From contig JBDRMG010000008.1 in assembly GCA_043812495.1 (NCBI GenBank), positions 1,516 through 65,515 on the forward strand: DNA of 64,000 nucleotides, in the 5' to 3' direction. The position numbers were made by a program, and so were the translations under genes. Below the pieces are notes generated by a model that was given only the letters and a program-made list of their open reading frames with translations, was not told where the DNA came from and made no database searches. This DNA comes from Candidatus Omnitrophota bacterium (GTDB lineage Bacteria; Omnitrophota; Gorgyraeia; Zapsychrales; JBDRMG01). Shown in pieces: positions 28,702 to 38,148 of this stretch; the first letter of the stretch is position 1, and every line of letters starts with the position of its first letter.

Positions 28702-31380
28702 ATGATCTATTTGTTATCTAATAAAGGGACGAAAACAAAGTACCAAGCCAAGAAGCGCAAGGTCAAGGATTCGCGCGTTGATGCGTTCGACGACACCCAA
28801 ATCCCGCCCTTTAGGGCGGGGAAACGGGCGCCGCTCAGCATCAACCCTGAGCAAATCCCGGCCTTTAGGCCGGGGTGCGTCGAACGGGTTGATTACTCCA
28901 AGGTGATTGTCAAAAAACCCTGGGGCTATGAGTATTTGGTTTTTCAAAATGATTATGTGGCGATATGGATGCTGCAAATTATTCCGCAGCGTCGAACATC
29001 CATGCACTGCCACCCAGCCAAAAAGACCGGCCTCATTGTGTTATCCGGAAAAGCCAAACTCCATCATGTGGACGGCGCCCTTGAGCTCGACACCCTAGAT
29101 GGCGTCATGATCGACCCCGGAGTATTTCATTGCACCGAGGCCTTCAATCCTTATCCTTTAACACCTCAATCGGAAAACGGGATCTGGGTTATGGAAATTG
29201 AATCACCACCCATGAAAAGCGATTTGATCCGCCTGGACGATGCTTATGGCCGCAAAAATGAATCCTACGAAGGCCAAAAACATATGGTGCATGAACCGGC
29301 CAAGCGGCTTGAGTTTTCTGTTCCATCAAAGACAAAAATTAGCCATAAGAAATTTTTTAATTGTGATTTCAGTATTCGCCAAGGGTCCTTTAAGACAGAG
29401 CGTCCGCGCGACCATGCCCTTATTTCTGTGATCGGGAAAAATGCACGCGCCAAAAGCAATAATCCTTACTTAAAAATCGGCGCTTTAACAACATTCAAGG
29501 AGTTTGAGAATAAGACACGCCAGGAGGATTTAGGTTCTTATACTTTTCTTGTGATCGAAAGAAAAGAGCAGGTGATGAAGGTTGCGGATTATGTTTTTTC
29601 ATCCATCGCCGAGCTTGGCATCAAACAGGTTTTTGCTGTTTCAGGCGGGGGCGCGATGCATCTTGTGGATTCGCTCGGCCGCCATCCCAAATTGGAATAT
29701 ATTGCAACCTATCATGAGCAAGCGGCCGCGATGGCGGCTGAAGCTTACGCTCGCCTGTCTGATACACCAGGGGCTGCACTTGTGACATCAGGCCCCGGCG
29801 GAACAAATACCATCACCGGTGTTTGTGGGGCGTGGATTGATTCGATCCCTACGATTTTTATCTCGGGGCAGGTGACAACAGATACGCTTTTGCGGAAAAT
29901 GGGCCTGCGTCAATTCGGCATCCAGGAGGCGGATATTGTCAGTCTTGTAAAGCCAATCACAAAATATGCCGTAACGGTGACCGATCCAAAAACAATTAAA
30001 TATCATGTGCAAAAAGCTATTCATCTGGCGACGAGCGGCCGGCCCGGTCCGGTGTGGTTAGATATTCCGCTTGATGTGCAAAGTAAACTCCTTAACATTG
30101 ATGAACTGAAATCCTTTACGCCAAAGAAAGACACGCTGTCTTTGCAAGGCAAACAACTCAAAAAAGAAACCGCCAAAGCGCTGGCCCTTTTGAAAAAAGC
30201 CAAGCGGCCCGTTCTTATTAGCGGCTACGGTGTCCGCCTGGCTAAGGCAACAAATGAATTTCAAAAGCTTTTGACATTACTCAATATTCCCCTTGTGTCA
30301 TCGTGGACGTCGAGCGATCTTGTAGATACAAAACATCGGCTTTATGTGGGTCGAGGCGGCATTATGGGTGAGAGAGCCGCGAATTTTGCCGTGCAGAATG
30401 CCGATGTGCTTTTGATTATTGGCTCAAGGATGTCCATTCCTCAAGTAGGCTATAATTATCGCGCCTTTGCCCGCGAAGCCAAAAAGATTGTTGTGGATAT
30501 CGACAGTGTTGAATTAAAAAAGAAATCTCTGAAACCCGATCTTGCGATTCGTACCGATGCCAAAGATTTTATTGCGGAGTTAACACGTCAGTTTCAAAGT
30601 ACGCGCGTAAAACTTGGAAACAACCAATGGCGCGCAAAATGCCAAGGATGGAAAAAACGCTATCCGGTCGTTTTACCGGAGTATCGACAAAATAAAAAAG
30701 GTGTGAACTCATTTTATTTTATCGATGTCCTTTCGAAAAAATTAAAAAAGGACGCCATTGTGGTCACCGACATGGGAACAAGTTTTACCTGCACCATGCA
30801 GACCTTTAAGGTGAAAAAGGGCCAGCGTCTTTTTACCTCAAGCGGACACGCCTCCATGGGATTCGGACTTCCCGGGGCGATCGGGGCTTGCTTCGGCAGC
30901 GGTCGAAAAAAGGTCATTTGCGTGAGCGGAGACGGCGGTTTACAGATGAATATTCAGGAATTACAAACCCTTATTCATTATCGCCTGCCCGTCATTTTAT
31001 TCGTCTTGAACAACCAAGGATATCTGACGATCAAGCTGATGCAGCAAAATCATTTTGGGCGATATGTGGGTTCGGATGCCGGAAGCGGTGTGAGTTTTCC
31101 TGATATCGTCAAAGTGGCGCGGGCCTATGGTATCCGTGCGACAAAGATCAGTAATCAAAAACAATTACGCGGAAAGATCGACAGAATATTGGCCGAACGC
31201 GGACCGTTTGTCTGCGAAATTGTTATGCCCGAAGATCAACCGTTGATTCCAAGGGTCTCATCGCTCAAGAAACCAGACGGCACGATTATCTCACGGCCCC
31301 TGGAGGATCTCTACCCGTTTTTGAGCCGCGAAGAATTTGCGAAAAATATGATAGTCAAACCTTTTGAACCACTCAAATGA
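28702..31380 (+). CDS. Cupin domain fused to an acetolactate-synthase-like ThDP-dependent enzyme
   Basis: KPWGYEY..TSMHCHP..GVFH cupin; then GGGAMHLVDS, HEQAAAMAAE, SGPGGTN, GDGGLQMNIQEL..NN. Confidence 0.88.
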   Translation: MIYLLSNKGTKTKYQAKKRKVKDSRVDAFDDTQIPPFRAGKRAPLSINPEQIPAFRPGCVERVDYSKVIVKKPWGYEYLVFQNDYVAIWMLQIIPQRRTSMHCHPAKKTGLIVLSGKAKLHHVDGALELDTLDGVMIDPGVFHCTEAFNPYPLTPQSENGIWVMEIESPPMKSDLIRLDDAYGRKNESYEGQKHMVHEPAKRLEFSVPSKTKISHKKFFNCDFSIRQGSFKTERPRDHALISVIGKNARAKSNNPYLKIGALTTFKEFENKTRQEDLGSYTFLVIERKEQVMKVADYVFSSIAELGIKQVFAVSGGGAMHLVDSLGRHPKLEYIATYHEQAAAMAAEAYARLSDTPGAALVTSGPGGTNTITGVCGAWIDSIPTIFISGQVTTDTLLRKMGLRQFGIQEADIVSLVKPITKYAVTVTDPKTIKYHVQKAIHLATSGRPGPVWLDIPLDVQSKLLNIDELKSFTPKKDTLSLQGKQLKKETAKALALLKKAKRPVLISGYGVRLAKATNEFQKLLTLLNIPLVSSWTSSDLVDTKHRLYVGRGGIMGERAANFAVQNADVLLIIGSRMSIPQVGYNYRAFAREAKKIVVDIDSVELKKKSLKPDLAIRTDAKDFIAELTRQFQSTRVKLGNNQWRAKCQGWKKRYPVVLPEYRQNKKGVNSFYFIDVLSKKLKKDAIVVTDMGTSFTCTMQTFKVKKGQRLFTSSGHASMGFGLPGAIGACFGSGRKKVICVSGDGGLQMNIQELQTLIHYRLPVILFVLNNQGYLTIKLMQQNHFGRYVGSDAGSGVSFPDIVKVARAYGIRATKISNQKQLRGKIDRILAERGPFVCEIVMPEDQPLIPRVSSLKKPDGTIISRPLEDLYPFLSREEFAKNMIVKPFEPLK
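28777..28893. mobile_element. 111-bp in-frame palindromic insertion (family C doublet) bounded by GTTGAT direct repeats inside the CDS
   Basis: GTTGAT at 28777-28782 and 28888-28893; two inverted CGTTCGAC-[hairpin]-GCTCAG units between them. Confidence 0.85.
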
Positions 31381-32945
31381 GACACTCTATGAAATATAAG
31401 AAACGAAAATTCGATAGTGTTTGTTTGGTGATGAACTTAAAGTCGGACCAGGTCGCGATTGCCAAAGAAGATATTGCGTCCGGCAGCATTCTTATTCATG
31501 AGGGCCGGACCGTCAAAATAAAAAAAGATATTAAAAAGGGCCATCGCTTGGCTATGAAAGAAATTCCCAAAGGAGAGTATGTACGGCAATACGGCCATCC
31601 TTTTGGATGCTCCAAGGGTATTCAAAGCGGAGAGCCCATTACGATTGCGAATATCAAAAACGTTTTGCCGAGACAAAATCTAAAGGATTTTAAGAAACCC
31701 GCACAAACACGATACCAAAAGGATCTTGTGAAAAAGGCCTTTGCGGGGTATGTAAGAAAAAACGGTGCGGTTGGAACACGCAATTATTATTTGATTGTTC
31801 CCACGTCAATGTGCGCGAGTGAAACAGCGCTTCAAGTGGCGCTCACGTTACAGGCGGATAAGCGAATTTCAAAAAAGCATTCCTCGTTTGACGGAATTGT
31901 GGCGATTCCTCATACAGAAGGGTGCGGGTGCGATTCAGGGTTGTCGATCGAGAGGCTCCTGCGTGTTCTCAAAACTTATATCGCGCATCCCAATGTCGGC
32001 GGTTGTCTCATCATGGATTTGGGATGCGAGCAGACCAATTATGAAAAGGTTCACCCTTACCTTAAAAAACTTGTTAGCCAAAAGATCAAGCCGATTGATT
32101 GGGTCAGTATTGAGGAGTCCGGCGGGATTACGGCCGCGCGAAAAAAAGCCGAAACGCTTATTCGAAAACGTCTCCCCCAGGTTATACGACAAAAGCGCCA
32201 GGCGTGTTCTCTCGGAAAATTAATTGTCGGAACCGAATGCGGCGCCTCCGATACGTTTTCCGGAATCACGGCCAATCCCCTGATTGGGTATGCGGTCGAT
32301 CAAATCATATACGCCAAAGGCTCAGCCATTCTCTCGGAGATTCCGGAAATGGTGGGAACGTTTGACATGTTATGGCCGCGCTTTCGCAGCCTGAAAGCGG
32401 CGCGTAAATTTCAGAAGATCATGAGTTGGTATGTGACATTGGCCAAAAAGCTGGGAACAACACTTGAGGCCAATTTGGTCCCCAAAAATGTCGAAGTAGG
32501 GCTCATCAATAATTATATCAAAAGTTTGGGAGCCGTGATCAAAGGAGGCACAACGGTTATAGAAGATGTTCTTGAGTATGCAGAACCCCTAACGAAACGA
32601 GGCCTTCATATTATGCAAGGTCCGGGCAATGACCTTGAATCCGTTACGGGAATCGTTGCTTCGGGGGCTAACCTCGTATGTTTCTCGACCGGCCAAGGGA
32701 CACCGACCGGTAGCGCGATTTGTCCTGTCATCAAAATTGCATCGACGAATTCTATTTTTAAAAAACTTTCCAAGGATATTGATTTCAATGCAGGTCAATT
32801 GCTTCAAACAAAACCAAATTTGGAAACTTTAGGGTGCGAGTTGCTTTCTTTGATGATTAAAGTCGCCTCCGGTCAGAAGACATGCAGTGAAAAATTAGGA
32901 CAACGACAATTTCAAATATGGACAGCCGGCAAGTTGCCGCTGTAA
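31377..32945 (+). CDS. UxaA/GarD-family sugar-acid dehydratase with SAF domain
   Basis: GHRLAM..I.KGE.V.QYG, GTRNY, HTEGCG, LGCEQ, ECGASD.FSG.TANP, KSLGAV.KGG. Confidence 0.9.
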   Translation: MRHSMKYKKRKFDSVCLVMNLKSDQVAIAKEDIASGSILIHEGRTVKIKKDIKKGHRLAMKEIPKGEYVRQYGHPFGCSKGIQSGEPITIANIKNVLPRQNLKDFKKPAQTRYQKDLVKKAFAGYVRKNGAVGTRNYYLIVPTSMCASETALQVALTLQADKRISKKHSSFDGIVAIPHTEGCGCDSGLSIERLLRVLKTYIAHPNVGGCLIMDLGCEQTNYEKVHPYLKKLVSQKIKPIDWVSIEESGGITAARKKAETLIRKRLPQVIRQKRQACSLGKLIVGTECGASDTFSGITANPLIGYAVDQIIYAKGSAILSEIPEMVGTFDMLWPRFRSLKAARKFQKIMSWYVTLAKKLGTTLEANLVPKNVEVGLINNYIKSLGAVIKGGTTVIEDVLEYAEPLTKRGLHIMQGPGNDLESVTGIVASGANLVCFSTGQGTPTGSAICPVIKIASTNSIFKKLSKDIDFNAGQLLQTKPNLETLGCELLSLMIKVASGQKTCSEKLGQRQFQIWTAGKLPL

Positions 32946-33047
32946 CGGAAGAAGGAATCAATACAAAGGTCATCACTCCTCTGAGCTTCTCAAATTGAAT
33001 CATCTTTTCAGAGAGAGTTCACCAAACTTAAAATACCTTTTCTATTC

Positions 33048-34457
33048 ATGAAAATATTGTTCACGAACTCACCTTTACATTTCAGCCACGGACATACGTT
33101 TACTCAACCGGATTGGCAAACCCTCGTCTTGCCGCTTTTAGCGGCGATTGCCGGTGATGAACATGAAATCAAACTTTTTGATAACAACGCATTATTTTTT
33201 GAATCCAACAGAATTCTCTGTGAAATAAAAGAGATGTGTCCTGATGTTGTCGGATTTAGTATCATTGCGGCCAGAGATGTATTCAATACCCTCCAAATCA
33301 TCCAAGAGGTTCGCAAAGAGTATCCAGAATTAAAACTCATTGCAGGCGGACAAGCCGCAACATTTTACGGTCGATTGTTGCTTGAGAGCGGAATTGATTT
33401 TGTAGTTCACGGTGAAGGAGAGATAACGCTCAAAGAACTCATTGGGGCCATTTCTGAGAATGCGCCTGATTATTCAGGGATCCAGGGGATTTCTTATTGT
33501 CGTGAAGGAAATGTTTATAAGACCGCGGATCGTTCCAAGATCAAAAATCTTGATGATTCTCCTTTTCCGGCTATCCATCTGATGCCGCTTCGAAAGTCAA
33601 AATGGTTTCCCGGACGCTTTACCGGTTCAATTGAGACATCACGTGGGTGTCCGTTTGATTGCAATTTTTGCGCCATTACGTCCTTTTGGGACAGAACGTT
33701 CCGCGAAAAATCAAATGAGCGCATTCTCGATGAGATGAAATTTCTTGTTGAAAGCGGACGGTCTCATTTTTATATGGCGGATGATAACTTCGGGATGAAC
33801 ATCAAAAAGCATATTGATCTCTTTGAAAGGATTTTGAAAGAGGGCCTCGATATCCGATTCTTTGCGCAGATGAGAACCGATACTATCGGCCTGCATCCCG
33901 ACATGGTTTCGATCGCGGCCCGGGCAGGGCTATATGGTGCGTTAATCGGTTTTGACACCTATGATCCGGAGACATTTCACCATGTGACAAAAGCAGGAAG
34001 CGTTGAATTAAATATACAGTGCGCAGAGGTGATGAGGAAAAACAAGATCATGATTTTTGGTTCGCATATTTACGGTCTTCCGACGCAGAAAAAACCGCTC
34101 GATTTTGCAAAGACATTTTGGATGGGGCGCAGAAACTCAGATTTGTTTCGCATGCCGCGATTTTCTTTGCTTCCCGGAACAAAAGCGTATGGTCAGATGA
34201 TCACTCAAGAGATGATTGACAGCAAAACCGGCAGCGGAGATTTTAGGTTATTTATTCGACCCGCAAAAGAACAAAAGAAATTTCAGCGCTGGTATGCGCT
34301 CTTTAATTTCCTGAATATATTCCTTCCGGATGAGATTCTCAAAGCCTTTTTTCATCCGAATCGCAATATCAGAAAAATAAAACAGTATGGATATATCAGC
34401 ATTGTGCGGCATAATTTTTATCGGATGTTAAGAACGCTGTGTTTATGCGATATTTAA
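33048..34457 (+). CDS. Cobalamin-binding radical SAM protein
   Basis: B12-binding N-terminal domain (IAGGQAAT, GEGE), SRGCPFDCNFC, ADDNF. Confidence 0.92.
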   Translation: MKILFTNSPLHFSHGHTFTQPDWQTLVLPLLAAIAGDEHEIKLFDNNALFFESNRILCEIKEMCPDVVGFSIIAARDVFNTLQIIQEVRKEYPELKLIAGGQAATFYGRLLLESGIDFVVHGEGEITLKELIGAISENAPDYSGIQGISYCREGNVYKTADRSKIKNLDDSPFPAIHLMPLRKSKWFPGRFTGSIETSRGCPFDCNFCAITSFWDRTFREKSNERILDEMKFLVESGRSHFYMADDNFGMNIKKHIDLFERILKEGLDIRFFAQMRTDTIGLHPDMVSIAARAGLYGALIGFDTYDPETFHHVTKAGSVELNIQCAEVMRKNKIMIFGSHIYGLPTQKKPLDFAKTFWMGRRNSDLFRMPRFSLLPGTKAYGQMITQEMIDSKTGSGDFRLFIRPAKEQKKFQRWYALFNFLNIFLPDEILKAFFHPNRNIRKIKQYGYISIVRHNFYRMLRTLCLCDI

Positions 34458-34472
34458 TAAACGGAGAAATCA

Positions 34473-35771
34473 ATGGCACAAAAGAAATCAAAAGCCCCTA
34501 CGCATAAAAAGGGAAAGATCGTCAAAATTCCTCAAAAGATGAAAACCCTCAAGCACGGCGGGCATGTTCTTCGTACAGGCAAACAAATTGTTGACCGCGC
34601 CAAGCTTAATCAAATCAAAGCTAAGTCGAAAACAAGCGCCAAGCAGCCCAACCAATATACGGGCCATACATTTCTCAATAAACCTTTACGATTCCGTTTG
34701 GACAGCCATAAGTTGTTGCATCATCTGGATCGGGTGCTCGCCTGGCAGCGTGGCGAACGGATTACTCCGATCCATATCGACATGGGATTGACAAAATTCT
34801 GTAACGTCGGTTGCATATACTGTATCGGCGTTACGCAGATTATGACTAAAGGAGAGCTGATCGCACGTGAGGCTTTGCTTCGATTAATCGATGATTGCGC
34901 GCGCCTTGGGGTGCGCAGCCTTGCCTTTATCGGCGACGGTGAGCCAACGCTGAACCCCGCTATGTATGATGCCGTTGTGCGCGCAAAGAGTTTAGGGATC
35001 GATGTCGGCATGGCCACCAATGGCATTCTCATCAAAATGGACCGTGCGCACGATCTTTTACGCGATTTGACGTTCTTGCGGATTAATTTAAGCGCGGCTG
35101 AACCCAAGAGTTTTGAAAGAATTCATCAAGCGCCGGGCCGGCAGCTCGACCTTCTGATGGACAAGCTAAAGGCCATGGTGAAAATACGCAAAGAAAACGG
35201 ATACACCTGCACTCTTGGGATTCAGATGGTCTTAATACCGGAAAATTTTGATCAGATCATTAAGCTCACCGAGCTCGGCCGGGACATCGGTGTTGATTAT
35301 TTTCAGATTAAACAATGCTCCGATACGGAATATAAAGAAATCGGCGTTGATTACGGCCAATATCGTAAGGCCGAAAAAGATCTTAAAAGAGCCGAACAGC
35401 TAAGCACAGACAGTTATTTTGTTCAGGTCAAATGGAACAAAATTAACATTGCAGGTGAGACAAATGTGTATAAAGGCGGAATACGCAAATACGATATCTG
35501 CTATGGCACGCCGTTTCTCGGTCAAATCAGCGGGAACGGAAAAGTTTATCCATGTGGCCCATTTTTCTCAAAGGAACGTTTCTTAATGGGCGATATTCAC
35601 AAACAGTCTTATTATGATATCGTCAAAAGCGATCGCTATTGGCAAGTGCACCAGGATATCATCGACAACGTTGACGTTCACTGCGACTGCACCGTGGGAT
35701 GCCGGCAGGACTATATCAATAAATTTTTGTGGGATATTAAAAATCCTCCACAACATGTCAATTTCATTTAG
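34473..35771 (+). CDS. Radical SAM / SPASM-twitch protein, paralog of 26761..27828, with Lys-rich N-terminal extension
   Basis: LDSHKL, CNVGCIYC, GDGEP, C..G.VYPC, CTVGCR, KNPPQHVNFI. Confidence 0.92.
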   Translation: MAQKKSKAPTHKKGKIVKIPQKMKTLKHGGHVLRTGKQIVDRAKLNQIKAKSKTSAKQPNQYTGHTFLNKPLRFRLDSHKLLHHLDRVLAWQRGERITPIHIDMGLTKFCNVGCIYCIGVTQIMTKGELIAREALLRLIDDCARLGVRSLAFIGDGEPTLNPAMYDAVVRAKSLGIDVGMATNGILIKMDRAHDLLRDLTFLRINLSAAEPKSFERIHQAPGRQLDLLMDKLKAMVKIRKENGYTCTLGIQMVLIPENFDQIIKLTELGRDIGVDYFQIKQCSDTEYKEIGVDYGQYRKAEKDLKRAEQLSTDSYFVQVKWNKINIAGETNVYKGGIRKYDICYGTPFLGQISGNGKVYPCGPFFSKERFLMGDIHKQSYYDIVKSDRYWQVHQDIIDNVDVHCDCTVGCRQDYINKFLWDIKNPPQHVNFI

Positions 35772-35780
35772 CGCACAATA

Positions 35781-37361
35781 ATGGTTTACCGGAACCTAGA
35801 TAATATCCAAACCACAGTTCGCACACCAAAAGTTCTTCTTTTAAATCCACCTGACGATGAGCATTCCTATAAGTTGTTTCGTGCATCGTTTCCGCTAGGA
35901 TTATGTTACCTGGGTACCTATCTTAAAAAAGAGAAATATCAGGTAAAGATTGTTGATGCGAAGGTAGGAAACATTAAGAGAGTCCCATTAGAAAAAGAAG
36001 GAATGGTTAGGGTTGGACTTTCCTTAAATGAGATAGAAAATATTATTAATGATTTTTCACCAGATGTTCTTGGCCTTTCCTGTATTTTTCACACAAATTT
36101 TAATCCTACTTTAGATATCGCGAAATTGGCAAAAACCAAATGCCATATTCCTTATGTTGTAGCAGGAGGGAGCTATGCCTCGGTGGTTCCAAAGAAGATC
36201 ATGGAGTCTCCCTATATTGATTATTTAGTTCTTGGAGAAGGGGAGGTAACATTTGAGAAATTATTACAAAAGTTGTTTAATCCCACAGGCAATCAAGAGT
36301 TGGGCGATTTAGATGGAGTCGTATTGAGGGATAACGACGGCAAAGTTTGTGTAAAAAATAGGACTGAATACATCTCTTCAGATGAGTTTTTTACCCCCAA
36401 TAGAGATTTTCTCCCAGTTGAAAAGTATATAAAGTTTCGAAGCCCTCACAATATCTTATCCCGAGGGCATCGGGCGTTAGAAGTTATCACTTCACGAGGG
36501 TGTAATGCGCGTTGCACATTTTGTTCAGCCCCGTTGTTATGGGGTAAATTCAGAATGAGAAGCGTAAAGGGTATTATCGATGAATTGAAATTTCTCAAAG
36601 AGAAGTACCATATTGATGAGGTTCAGTTCATTGATGATAATCTGACCTTCGATAAAAAAAGAGCGGAAGATCTCTTCCAGCGTATGATAGATGACAAATT
36701 GAACCTTAAGTGGTGCGCTCCCAATGGCATTGCGATACATACTCTCGATGAAAATTTGATACGCTTAATGAAAGAAAGCGGCTGTTATTTGGTTACATTG
36801 GCCATTGAAAGTGGGAGTCAACGCGTACTGACTGAATTAATAAAGAAGCCTTTGTTGTTGGAGAAGGTACACGCAACAGTTAAGCTGTTAAAGAAATACA
36901 AGCTCGCCGCAGAAGCTTTCTTTGTTATCGGAATGCCAGGGGAGACATTTGAAGAGATTAAAAAAACATTTGATCTTGCATTTAAGCTGGGTATATTCAG
37001 GGCACACTTCAGCTATATTACTCCTATTCCGTCGACACCAGTTTACAAGACATATCTAGAACTGAAAAGGCATAATGCATCTGATAGCAGCACTACTGAT
37101 CTTATTGATGAAAGCTGTTTCGATTTTAGATTTCCTGCGATATCAACGAAAGAATGGACTAACAAGCAGCTTAAAAGATATACTTCTATTCTGTCATTTA
37201 AATTTTATTTGAAATTCTTAATTTTAAAACCGCATATTTTTATTAAAGAAGTCAGCCTTATTATTAGCCGTCCAAAGCTCCTTTTGGGATTAATGGTTAT
37301 TTTTAAGGATGTTATTTTAGGAAATCTATTATCTAAAGAAAAGGTCACTGTCAATGAATAA
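35781..37361 (+). CDS. Cobalamin-binding radical SAM protein
   Basis: PLGLCYL, AGGSYAS, GEGE, SRGCNARCTFC, DDNLT, IESGSQ, G.PGET. Confidence 0.92.
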   Translation: MVYRNLDNIQTTVRTPKVLLLNPPDDEHSYKLFRASFPLGLCYLGTYLKKEKYQVKIVDAKVGNIKRVPLEKEGMVRVGLSLNEIENIINDFSPDVLGLSCIFHTNFNPTLDIAKLAKTKCHIPYVVAGGSYASVVPKKIMESPYIDYLVLGEGEVTFEKLLQKLFNPTGNQELGDLDGVVLRDNDGKVCVKNRTEYISSDEFFTPNRDFLPVEKYIKFRSPHNILSRGHRALEVITSRGCNARCTFCSAPLLWGKFRMRSVKGIIDELKFLKEKYHIDEVQFIDDNLTFDKKRAEDLFQRMIDDKLNLKWCAPNGIAIHTLDENLIRLMKESGCYLVTLAIESGSQRVLTELIKKPLLLEKVHATVKLLKKYKLAAEAFFVIGMPGETFEEIKKTFDLAFKLGIFRAHFSYITPIPSTPVYKTYLELKRHNASDSSTTDLIDESCFDFRFPAISTKEWTNKQLKRYTSILSFKFYLKFLILKPHIFIKEVSLIISRPKLLLGLMVIFKDVILGNLLSKEKVTVNE

Positions 37362-38148
37362 TACAAACATAAAAGTTTCCGTCATTACGCCAGCTTTGAA
37401 TGAAGAAAAGAATATTAGATTTACGATTGATCGCATTCTGGATGTTTTTGAAAGATGCAATATTTCTGGTGAGATCATTGTCGTCAATGATGGCAGTACG
37501 GATAGGACAGAGGAGCTGGTGGAGGATTTTATCCAAAGCGACTCCCGGGTCAAGGTACTCAAACACGAAACACCGCAAGGCATGGGGGCCTCCTTCTGGG
37601 ATGGCTTCGACCATGCTAAGGGTGAAATCATTGTCGTGATTCCCGGCGATAACGAGAATGATCCGTGGGAAATCCTGCGGTATTACTCTTTGTTAGAGCA
37701 TGTCGATATCGTTATTCCCTTTATTTTTAATCGTGAAGTGAGGCCTTTTTTGCGCAACATCCTTTCTTTGCTTTTTCGCTTGATTATCAATTCAACTTTT
37801 GTTGTCAATTTTAATTACACGAATGGGACAATACTTTACCGGAAGGATATTATTCAGGATGTAAAGTATCGAAGCAGCAGCTTTTTCTTTCAGACAGACA
37901 TTTTGATACGACTTGTTAAAAAAGGATATTTATTTGCCGAAGTTCCCTTTCGTTTAGACATCAGAGAGCAAGGCCGCTCAAAGGCTGTTTCTTTTCCTTC
38001 TCTGTTGCAGGTGATGAAGGGGTATTTTCGCTTAATCCGCGATCTTTATTTTGCCAAAGAAAGTAAGATTAAGGTACGTTTCTCACAAAAATCTGCAACA
38101 GCCAAAAGGCGACAAAATAATTTGATCCAACAGAATCGTAATCAATGA
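37354..38148 (+). CDS. GT2-family glycosyltransferase
   Basis: PALNEE, VNDGSTDRT, GMGAS, PGDNE. Confidence 0.92.
   Translation: MNNTNIKVSVITPALNEEKNIRFTIDRILDVFERCNISGEIIVVNDGSTDRTEELVEDFIQSDSRVKVLKHETPQGMGASFWDGFDHAKGEIIVVIPGDNENDPWEILRYYSLLEHVDIVIPFIFNREVRPFLRNILSLLFRLIINSTFVVNFNYTNGTILYRKDIIQDVKYRSSSFFFQTDILIRLVKKGYLFAEVPFRLDIREQGRSKAVSFPSLLQVMKGYFRLIRDLYFAKESKIKVRFSQKSATAKRRQNNLIQQNRNQ

Noticed and set aside
28106-29013. Minus-strand ORFs 28106..28687 and 28714..29013
   Set aside because: Antisense to well-supported genes and extended by stop-poor GC hairpins.
29575-31380. Housekeeping ilvB/ilvI call
   Set aside because: Fused to a cupin, in a sugar cluster, with no regulatory subunit or ilvC; left as ThDP-dependent enzyme.
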